The notes beneath the pieces were generated by a model. That model saw nothing but the letters and a program-made list of their open reading frames with translations. It ran no database searches and had not been told where the DNA came from. Positions 56,845-64,000 of a stretch of 64,000 bases of DNA are shown here, one piece after another (within the stretch, counting starts at the first letter, position 1; every line of letters begins with the position of its first letter). A program made the position numbers and the translations under genes. The DNA is taken from NCBI GenBank assembly GCA_965215605.1, contig OZ244070.1:2176001-2240000 (forward strand), given 5' to 3'. The stretch is from an uncultured Candidatus Binatia bacterium (GTDB lineage: Bacteria > Desulfobacterota > Binatia > UBA9968 > JAJDTQ01).

Positions 56845-59247
56845 CTAGCGGTAGAGCTCGATCAGCTCCACCAAACCCAGGGCGCGCATTTCGCCGAACA
56901 GATAGCGTTTGATCTGGTCGACACGGTCCATCTGGAGAGCCGCCCGCCCGATGTCGAGCGCGGTCTCGTAGCTGACCGAGCGCACCAGCTTCCGGACCAC
57001 GGGGATGGACAGCGACTCCATGCTGAACTCCTCGATGCCCATGCCCACCAACAGCAGCGTCGACAACGGGTCCGCGGCCATCTCTCCGCACATGGCGACG
57101 CGCTTGCCCTTGTCCCTTGCGGCGCGGATGACCTGGTTCAGGGCGGCGAGCACCGCCGGGTGAAAGGGCTCGTAGAGGGGCGCCACCTTCCGATTCCCCC
57201 GGTCCACGGCCAGGAGGTACTGGATCAGGTCGTTGGTGCCGATGCTGACGAAATCCACCTCTTCCACCAACCGGTGCGCCACCTGCACCGCCGAGGGCAC
57301 CTCGACCATGATCCCCAGCTCCATGTCGGCATCGAAGGGTACGTGGTTGCGGGCGAGACAGGCTTTTGCTTCCCGCAGCATGGTCTTGACCCGGAGGATC
57401 TCCTCCAGACTCGAGACCATGGGGATCAGGAGACGCACCGGCCCCAGCGCGCCCGCGTGCAGGATGGCCCGGAGCTGCATCTGGAAGGTCTCGGACGCCT
57501 CCAGGGAAACGCGGATGGAACGCCACCCGAGGAACGGATTGGACTCGGCGCGGGCGATGCTCACGTACGGGGGGTATTTGTCCGCGCCGATATCGAGGGT
57601 GCGGATGGTGACCGGCTTGCCGCCCATGCCTTCCACCACCTTTTGGTAGAGGGCGAACTGCTGCGCCTCGGTGGGGAAATCGTGATAGGCGAGAAACGGA
57701 ATCTCGGTCCGGTACAGGCCGATGCCCTCGGCGCCGTGGTTCTGCGCGAACCGGATGTCCGTCAGCAGCCCCATATTGGCGAATAGCCCGACCCGGTGGC
57801 CGTCGGTGGTTTCGGCCGGCAGGTCCCGCATCTCGTCGAGCTCCCGGTTGACGGCGAGATAATGGCGCTCCAGCCGGTCATACTCGCCGACGATGTCGTT
57901 GTTGGGGTTGACGAAGATCACCCCGGAGTTGCCGTCGACGATCAGCGAGTCCTCTTTCCGGACGCTTTCCAGCAATCCCTCCGCCGCCACCACGGTAGGG
58001 ATCTCGAAGGACTTGGCCAGCAGCGACGCGTGGGAGGTAACGCCCCCGGTGGCCAGCACGATGCCCTGGAACCGTTCGCGTTCGATGAGGGCCAGATCCG
58101 CCGGAGAGAGGTCTTCCGCCACCAGAATGGCGCCTCCGTCCGGAACCACGAGCCGCCTGTCGTCGAAGCCGGTCAGGTTGTCCAGCAGCCTCTGGGCGAC
58201 GTCACGGATGTCCGCCGTGCGTTCCTTCAGGTACCGGTCGCCGACCTCGCTGACGGTCTTCACGTGCCGGCGGAAGATGCTGCTTACGGCATAATAGGCG
58301 GTGAGGTGTTCCTGAACGATGCGGCTCTCGATCTGCTGCTGCAGCACCGGGTCGTTCAGCAACATCCGGTGCACGTCGAAGATCGCCCCGGCCTCGTCGG
58401 AGATGAGGGCGATCATGCGGGTCTTGATGGCCTCCACCTGGCCCACGGCCTGTTGCACCGCGGAGCGAAAGCGCTCCAGCTCACCCTGCGGATCGCCCGT
58501 GTGGGTCTTCTGGATGGCCCCCAGGTCCACGCGACGTTGCATGATGTGGACCTTGCCGTAGGCAAAGCCGGGGCAGGCCGCCAGCCCGGTCAGCCGGCTG
58601 CGGAACTTTCTCTGGGGCTCGGTGGTGCGTTCCTTGCCCCGCCCTTCGTATGACCTCAGCCGCCGCAGCGCGTTGACCATCCGTTGCCGGGACTGCTTGC
58701 GCTCGCGCTCCTTGTCCTTGAGCGAGTCCACCAGCCGGGCGTGCACGATAATGGTGGAAACCTGGGCCGAGATGGCCTTCAGGAGCCGCACCTCGTCCTG
58801 GGTGAACTCGCGCGGACGGGAGGTCTGCACCACCAGTACGCCGATGGGCGTCTTGCGGGCGTGGATGGGGACGCCGAAGAAGGAGTGGTAGCGCTCTTCG
58901 CCGGTTTCCGGGAAGTACAGGAAGCGCGGATGCGAGGGGGCGTCCATGACCATCACCGGCTCCCGCGTCTCCACCACCAATCCCGCCAGACCTTCGCCCA
59001 CCGTCATGGAGACGCGGCCCACGGCCACGGTATCCAGGCCTTGCGTGGCGCTGAGAGTGAGCCTCCCGCTGTCGGCGTCGAGGAGGTAGACCGAGCACAC
59101 CTCGGTCTGCATGCGCTGGGCCACGATCCCCGCGATGCTGTTGAGGCACCCCTGCAGGTCCTCGGCCTGGTCGACGAACCGACTGATCTCTTCCAGCGTG
59201 ACCAGATGGGAGGCGTCCTCGGTGGCGATGTCGGGGATGTTGGCCAT
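56845..59247 (-). CDS. ptsP: GAF-domain PEP-protein phosphotransferase (EI-Ntr)
   Basis: N-terminal GAF domain, phospho-His in [31 protein letters not shown] and CGEMA. Confidence 0.93.
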   Translation of the reverse strand: MANIPDIATEDASHLVTLEEISRFVDQAEDLQGCLNSIAGIVAQRMQTEVCSVYLLDADSGRLTLSATQGLDTVAVGRVSMTVGEGLAGLVVETREPVMVMDAPSHPRFLYFPETGEERYHSFFGVPIHARKTPIGVLVVQTSRPREFTQDEVRLLKAISAQVSTIIVHARLVDSLKDKERERKQSRQRMVNALRRLRSYEGRGKERTTEPQRKFRSRLTGLAACPGFAYGKVHIMQRRVDLGAIQKTHTGDPQGELERFRSAVQQAVGQVEAIKTRMIALISDEAGAIFDVHRMLLNDPVLQQQIESRIVQEHLTAYYAVSSIFRRHVKTVSEVGDRYLKERTADIRDVAQRLLDNLTGFDDRRLVVPDGGAILVAEDLSPADLALIERERFQGIVLATGGVTSHASLLAKSFEIPTVVAAEGLLESVRKEDSLIVDGNSGVIFVNPNNDIVGEYDRLERHYLAVNRELDEMRDLPAETTDGHRVGLFANMGLLTDIRFAQNHGAEGIGLYRTEIPFLAYHDFPTEAQQFALYQKVVEGMGGKPVTIRTLDIGADKYPPYVSIARAESNPFLGWRSIRVSLEASETFQMQLRAILHAGALGPVRLLIPMVSSLEEILRVKTMLREAKACLARNHVPFDADMELGIMVEVPSAVQVAHRLVEEVDFVSIGTNDLIQYLLAVDRGNRKVAPLYEPFHPAVLAALNQVIRAARDKGKRVAMCGEMAADPLSTLLLVGMGIEEFSMESLSIPVVRKLVRSVSYETALDIGRAALQMDRVDQIKRYLFGEMRALGLVELIELYR

Positions 59248-59309
59248 GCCCCATTCTAAGGGGTTCGCGGGCCGATCACAATTCGAGAGGCCGGGTTCCC
59301 GAGGCCGAT

Positions 59310-59338
59310 TTGACCCGTTTTGGGGCAGATGTTACGTT
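59310..59338 (+). promoter_or_regulatory. Putative sigma70 promoter for folE (extended -10)
   Basis: TTGACC-17 bp-TACGTT with TG upstream of the -10 box, and the ATG 6 nt downstream. Confidence 0.4.
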
Positions 59339-59344
59339 GCCCCG

Positions 59345-59944
59345 ATGTCCACTCAACGGTCCATTGACGCCATGGAAACAGGGCCGGATGCCCTGGAGGG
59401 GCACGTTCGAGCCATCCTCGAGGCCCTCGGGGAAGACCCCGACAGGGAGGGCCTCGAGAAGACCCCGGCGCGGGTGGCGGCGGCGTTGACGTTCCTCACC
59501 AGCGGCTATCGCGAGGACCCCGACATCATCATCAACGGCGCGCTGTTCACCGAGGACTACCAGGAGATGATCGTCGAGAAGGACATCGACTTCCATTCCC
59601 TCTGCGAGCATCACATGCTGCCGTTTCACGGCAAGGCCCACGTGGCCTACATACCGCGCCACAAGATCGTCGGCGTCTCCAAGCTGGCGCGGCTGGTGGA
59701 CGCCTATGCGCACCGCCTGCAGGTGCAGGAGCGGCTCACCAACCAGATCGCGCAGACCATCATGGAACGCATCGATCCTCTCGGGGCCGCGGTGGTGATG
59801 GAAGCGGAGCACATGTGCATGCGCATGCGCGGCGTACAGAAGCAGAACTCCACCATCATCACGAGCGCTCTGCTGGGAGCCTTCCGGACGCAGGAGAAGA
59901 CCCGCGCCGAGTTCATGACCTTCGTCCGCGGTCACCGCTTCTGA
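59345..59944 (+). CDS. folE: GTP cyclohydrolase I
   Basis: Motifs [29 protein letters not shown] and HMCMRMRG. Confidence 0.95.
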   Translation: MSTQRSIDAMETGPDALEGHVRAILEALGEDPDREGLEKTPARVAAALTFLTSGYREDPDIIINGALFTEDYQEMIVEKDIDFHSLCEHHMLPFHGKAHVAYIPRHKIVGVSKLARLVDAYAHRLQVQERLTNQIAQTIMERIDPLGAAVVMEAEHMCMRMRGVQKQNSTIITSALLGAFRTQEKTRAEFMTFVRGHRF

Positions 59945-59947
59945 CTC

Positions 59948-61438
59948 ATGTCCATCGAGATCAAGATCAGGGAGATCGCCCCGGCACGGGTCCAGACGGC
60001 GTTGCTGGCCATCCCCGTCACCGACAAGGGCCTGGAGGAGAGTCCGGCAAAGCGGCTCGACCGCAAGCTCAAGGGGCAGCTCGAAGCTCTGGTGAAGAAG
60101 AGCAGCTTTGCCGCCAAGCGCGGCACGGCCCTGTTGCTGGCCACCCACGGCGCCATGCCCGCGGGCCACGTCCTGCTGGTGGGCTTGGGGGAGCAGGATG
60201 AAGCGGGGCCGCATGCCTGGCGCACGGCCGGCGCCGTCACCGCCAGGGAGGCCGGCCGGGTCTGGGCCGACGACGCCGTGTTCATGCTGCCGGCGGACCA
60301 GCAGACGGGCGCCGTCGTGGAGGCGGTGGCCGAGGGGGCCCTCCTCAGTGCCTATCGATTCAACAAGTACCGGTCCAAGGACCCTGCGCCGGGAGGTCTG
60401 CGCAGGCTGATCGTGGGACGGACCGCGTCCGGCCGGAGCGCCGCCTTGACCCGGGCGGTGCGGCGGGCCAGGGTCTCGGTGTCGGCCATCTGCCTGGCCA
60501 GGGACCTGGTGAACGAGCCGGCTTCCACCGCCACCGCCAGCTATCTGGCGGAGCAGGCCGTTTCCCATTGCCGCGGGGAGGGGCTCAAGGTGGAGGTGTG
60601 GGGCAAGCGCAAGATCCAGCAGACGAAGCTGGCGGGTCTTCTGGCGGTCAACCAGGGTAGCCGGGAGGAGCCGCGTTTCCTCCACATCCGCTACAAGCCC
60701 AAGACGAAGCCCCGGCGGAAGGTGGCCCTCATCGGCAAGGGAATCACCTTCGATTCCGGCGGACTCTCGCTCAAGCCGCCGCGTTCCATGGAAACCATGA
60801 AGCTGGACATGGCGGGGGGCGCCGCGGTCATCGCGGTGATGAGCGCGCTCCCGGAGCTGGCCCCGGACGTCGAGGTCGTGGGGCTGGTGCCGGCCACGGA
60901 CAACCTGCCTGACGGCGGCGCGCAGAAACCGGGGGATGTCATACGGTATCTCAACGGCAAGACCGTCGAGGTCATGAACACCGACGCCGAGGGCCGTCTC
61001 ATTCTGGCCGACGCACTGGTGCTGGCGGCGCGGGAAAAACCCGACTGCATGATCAATCTGGCCACCCTCACGGGCGCCTGCATCGTCGCCCTGGGCAACG
61101 AGTTGGCGGGGCTCTTCTGCAACGATGGAGAGCTCGCCGAAGAACTCGTGGCCTGTGGCCGGGACGCGGGTGAGGGTCTATGGCGGTTGCCTCTGGCAGC
61201 CGAATACCGCGAGGACATCAAGAGTCAGGTCGCGGACATCAAGAACGTCGGCGGCGGTTCGGCCGGAGCCATCACGGCGGCGTTGTTTCTGCAGGAGTTC
61301 GTTGACAAGGTTCCCTGGGCGCACCTGGACATCGCGGGTCCCGCGTTCGCCGCCAAGGACCGCGTGACCTGCCCGAAGGGAGGAACGGGGTTCGGTGTCC
61401 GTACCCTGTTGAACTTTCTCTCCGCCGCCGGAGAATAG
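59948..61438 (+). CDS. pepA: Leucyl aminopeptidase (M17)
   Basis: Motifs GKGITFDSGG, MKLDMAG, NTDAEGRL and HLDIAG. Confidence 0.95.
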   Translation: MSIEIKIREIAPARVQTALLAIPVTDKGLEESPAKRLDRKLKGQLEALVKKSSFAAKRGTALLLATHGAMPAGHVLLVGLGEQDEAGPHAWRTAGAVTAREAGRVWADDAVFMLPADQQTGAVVEAVAEGALLSAYRFNKYRSKDPAPGGLRRLIVGRTASGRSAALTRAVRRARVSVSAICLARDLVNEPASTATASYLAEQAVSHCRGEGLKVEVWGKRKIQQTKLAGLLAVNQGSREEPRFLHIRYKPKTKPRRKVALIGKGITFDSGGLSLKPPRSMETMKLDMAGGAAVIAVMSALPELAPDVEVVGLVPATDNLPDGGAQKPGDVIRYLNGKTVEVMNTDAEGRLILADALVLAAREKPDCMINLATLTGACIVALGNELAGLFCNDGELAEELVACGRDAGEGLWRLPLAAEYREDIKSQVADIKNVGGGSAGAITAALFLQEFVDKVPWAHLDIAGPAFAAKDRVTCPKGGTGFGVRTLLNFLSAAGE

Positions 61439-61451
61439 GAGACACGCAGCC

Positions 61452-61775
61452 ATGGCCATTTCCCACGTTGGAGACACCGAGTTCGAAACGGAAGTGATCG
61501 GCGCGCCCATACCCGTCCTGGTGGATTTCTGGGCTCCCTGGTGCGGCCCGTGCAAGTCCATTGCGCCGGTGCTGGAAGAGCTGGCCGAAGAGTATGACGG
61601 CCGGCTCAAGGTGGTGAAGATCAACGTCGACGAAAACCCCGAGACTCCCACCCGCTACGGCGTCCGCGGCATTCCGAACCTCATGATCTTCAAGGAAGGC
61701 GGCCTCGCGGGGCAGATCGTGGGCGCGGCGCCCAAAACCAGGCTGGTGAGCGAGATCGACAAGGCGCTGGGGTAA
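61452..61775 (+). CDS. trxA: Thioredoxin
   Basis: DFWAPWCGPCK, 107 aa. Confidence 0.95.
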   Translation: MAISHVGDTEFETEVIGAPIPVLVDFWAPWCGPCKSIAPVLEELAEEYDGRLKVVKINVDENPETPTRYGVRGIPNLMIFKEGGLAGQIVGAAPKTRLVSEIDKALG

Positions 61776-62873
61776 TCAGCGCGCGTAGCGCCTCATGCTC
61801 ACGCTGATGAGCACGCCCACGGCTATCAGGGTGGTGACGAGTGAGGAGCCGCCGTAGCTGATGAGCGGCAACGGAATCCCCACCACGGGCACGAGTCCGG
61901 TCACCATGCCGATGTTGATGGTGAACTGCGAGAACAGAATCGCCGCCATTCCCGTGGCCAACAGCACTCCGAGACGGTCCTGAGCCCGCCTTACCACCCT
62001 GAGCGTGAGAAGAATGAGCAAGGCGTAGGCGGCCAGCAGCGCCACACAGCCCGAGAAGCCCCACTCCTCGGCGAACACGGCGAAGACGAAGTCCGTGTGT
62101 TGCTCGGGAAGGAACTCCAGCCGGTTCTGGCTGCCCTGCAGATAACCCGTGCCCCAAAGACGGCCCGAGCCGATGGCGATCTTGGACTGGACGACGTGGT
62201 AGCCGGCGCCGAGGGGGTCCGACTCCGGGTTCATGAAGGTCCAGATGCGGGTTTTCTGATACGGCTTCAGGAACTGCCAGGCCGCCGGCAGGGCGGCGAT
62301 GGCGACGATGGTGAGGTACAGCAGGGACCGTACGCGCAGTCCGGACATGACGATCACGACCATGGCGATGAGAAAGATGACGCCGGCGGTTCCCAAGTCC
62401 GGCTGCAGCAGCACGAGCCCCACCACCGGCGCGCTCAGCAGCAGCGGCACCCCGAGATCCATCAGGGAATACCCCGGCTCGTAGTAGCACAGCGTCTTGG
62501 CCAGCACGAGCACGAGGATAAGCTTGGCCGGTTCCGAGGGCTGGAGCGCGAAGAATCTCAGGTCGAGCCATCGCTGGGAGCCGCCGCTGGTGATGCCGAT
62601 GATCAGCACCAGGGCCAGGAGAATCACGACCGCGATGTAGACGGGGTAGGCCCAGTGGGCCAGTCGCTGGTAGTCCACGGAAAACGTGGCCACCATCATC
62701 GCCAGGCCGATGACGAGCCAGTAGGACTGTCGGGTGGCCAGATAGCGCGAGCACTCTTCGTTGACGCTGCAGGTGGCGCTGTAGATGGTCACGATGCCCA
62801 CCAGCGCCAGCGCCACGGTAAGCGTACACAGCGGCCAGTCGAAGCTGGAGACGAGCCGGCGATCAATCTGCAT
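61776..62873 (-). CDS. rodA: Rod shape-determining protein RodA
   Basis: Motifs QPSEPAK, QPDLGT, PEQHTDF and PLISYGGSS. Directly downstream of mrdA. Confidence 0.93.
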   Translation of the reverse strand: MQIDRRLVSSFDWPLCTLTVALALVGIVTIYSATCSVNEECSRYLATRQSYWLVIGLAMMVATFSVDYQRLAHWAYPVYIAVVILLALVLIIGITSGGSQRWLDLRFFALQPSEPAKLILVLVLAKTLCYYEPGYSLMDLGVPLLLSAPVVGLVLLQPDLGTAGVIFLIAMVVIVMSGLRVRSLLYLTIVAIAALPAAWQFLKPYQKTRIWTFMNPESDPLGAGYHVVQSKIAIGSGRLWGTGYLQGSQNRLEFLPEQHTDFVFAVFAEEWGFSGCVALLAAYALLILLTLRVVRRAQDRLGVLLATGMAAILFSQFTINIGMVTGLVPVVGIPLPLISYGGSSLVTTLIAVGVLISVSMRRYAR

Positions 62874-64000
62874 GGTCTGCCCGCGGCGGCGGCCTGACGT
62901 CCAGGGCAGAGAGCTGCCGGCTGCCCGGCTCGTGGTCATCCACCTCCTCGCCATCGAGGAGGAAATAGGCCTCGATGATCCGTTTGGCGATGGGCGCGGC
63001 CGTGGCGCCTCCGTGCCCCCCGTGCTCCACCAGGACCGTCACCGCGATCTCGGGTTGTTCGGCGGGAGCGTAGGCCACGAACCAGGCGTGGTCCCGCACC
63101 TCGTACGGCAGGTCCTCGCTCTTGACCGCTTCTCCGCGCATCTCCGCCACCTGGGCGGTGCCGGTCTTGCCGGCGATCCCCACGACATCCGAGCGCGCCC
63201 GTCTTGCGGTGCCCCGCCTGCCGTGGACCACGTCGAACAGCGCCCGCCTGACGACGCCCCAGTTTTCTTTCTTGAGCGCTACGGTGCCGGCCCGGACCGG
63301 GCCGTACTCTTCCATCACCTCGCCGTCCGGCGACACCACCTTCTTGACGAACCAAGGGCGGTACACGGTCCCGCCGTTGGCCACGGTGGCCGTCATGCTG
63401 GTCATCTGCAGGGGGGTGACGGAGAGGAACCCCTGCCCGATGGCCACCAGCGGCGTCTCTCCCGGGTACCACGGCGTTCCGAAGCGGCCCTTCTTCCACG
63501 CGCGGTCGGGAACCAGCCCCGGCCCCTCGCCTTCAAGCGGGATCCCGGTGGGCGACCCGAAGCCGAAACGGCGCGCGTACCGGGCGATCTTGTCGACGCC
63601 GAGGCGCTGGGAAATCTGGTAGAAGTATACGTCGCACGACTGCACCAGGGCCTGGTGCATGGTGACATGGCCGTGTCCCTGCTTCTTCCAATCCCGGAGG
63701 GTACGGTTGCCGACCTTGTACGAGCCGCCGCACCAGAGAGTCTGATCGGCAGAGATCACCCCTTCCTGCAACGCCGCCAGCGCGGTGACGATCTTGAAGG
63801 TCGAGCCCGGTGGAAACTGTCCCTGCAACGCCCGGTTGTGCAGCGGCGTCTCCTGGTCGTCGGTCAGATGCCGCCACTCCTGCGAGGTCAGGCCGCGGGC
63901 GAACCAGTTGGGATCGAACGCCGGTGAGCTCGCCAGCGCAAGCACGGCGCCGGTGTTCACCTCCAGGACGACGATGGCGCCTTCCTTGCCTTTCAACGCG
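62863..64000 (-). CDS. mrdA: Penicillin-binding protein 2 (partial, 5' end outside the window)
   Basis: Motifs SxxK in PPGSTFK, SCD, KTGTAQ and DHAWF. Confidence 0.92.
   Translation of the reverse strand, partial: ALKGKEGAIVVLEVNTGAVLALASSPAFDPNWFARGLTSQEWRHLTDDQETPLHNRALQGQFPPGSTFKIVTALAALQEGVISADQTLWCGGSYKVGNRTLRDWKKQGHGHVTMHQALVQSCDVYFYQISQRLGVDKIARYARRFGFGSPTGIPLEGEGPGLVPDRAWKKGRFGTPWYPGETPLVAIGQGFLSVTPLQMTSMTATVANGGTVYRPWFVKKVVSPDGEVMEEYGPVRAGTVALKKENWGVVRRALFDVVHGRRGTARRARSDVVGIAGKTGTAQVAEMRGEAVKSEDLPYEVRDHAWFVAYAPAEQPEIAVTVLVEHGGHGGATAAPIAKRIIEAYFLLDGEEVDDHEPGSRQLSALDVRPPPRADHAD

Noticed and set aside
1-64000. Many long overlapping or antisense ORFs (e.g. 1929-4325 -, 11889-14366 +, 20210-22366 -, 49737-51689 -)
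   Set aside because: Shadow frames typical of high-GC DNA. They lie opposite or out of frame to well-supported genes and show no motifs.

Overview
GC-rich bacterial window. The many tripartite tricarboxylate transporter (TTT) genes, MFS and catabolic genes and Calx-beta proteins suggest a host-associated deltaproteobacterial/Binatota-like genome, but this is inference only. Layout: (1) 1-22.4 kb, catabolic and transport genes (XDH/Cox-like MLS, ADP-forming acyl-CoA ligase, enolase-superfamily enzyme, NnrS, TctCAB with UbiD, Dpp permeases, LLM oxidoreductase, MFS, M24-fold enzyme, diheme cytochrome c). (2) 22.6-32.9 kb, an accessory secretion island: three small secreted Calx-beta proteins, three tandem paralogous secreted proteins each built from three copies of an unrecognised 6-Cys domain, and a convergent TolC / PAS-fused adaptor / MacB-type exporter, bracketed by a ~540 bp inverted duplication. 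(3) 34-46.4 kb, a defence island: a PLD-SNF2 helicase plus an Eco57I/TaqI-like N6-adenine methyltransferase whose C-terminal target-recognition domain (TRD) exists as two alternative cassettes in inverted orientation, sharing a 134 bp perfect inverted repeat and a 12 bp outer repeat, next to a Cre-like tyrosine recombinase. This looks like a specificity shufflon; the allele now in the expression position is broken by stacked IS630, IS5 and IS3 elements. (4) 46.5-64 kb, mostly housekeeping genes (PduO-type adenosyltransferase, fabI, tctA-tctB fusion, BepA-like M48 protease, FliA/WhiG sigma factor, ptsP, folE, pepA, trxA, rodA, mrdA). No rRNA, tRNA or CRISPR array was seen. All family calls are from motif recognition by eye; no database searches were run.
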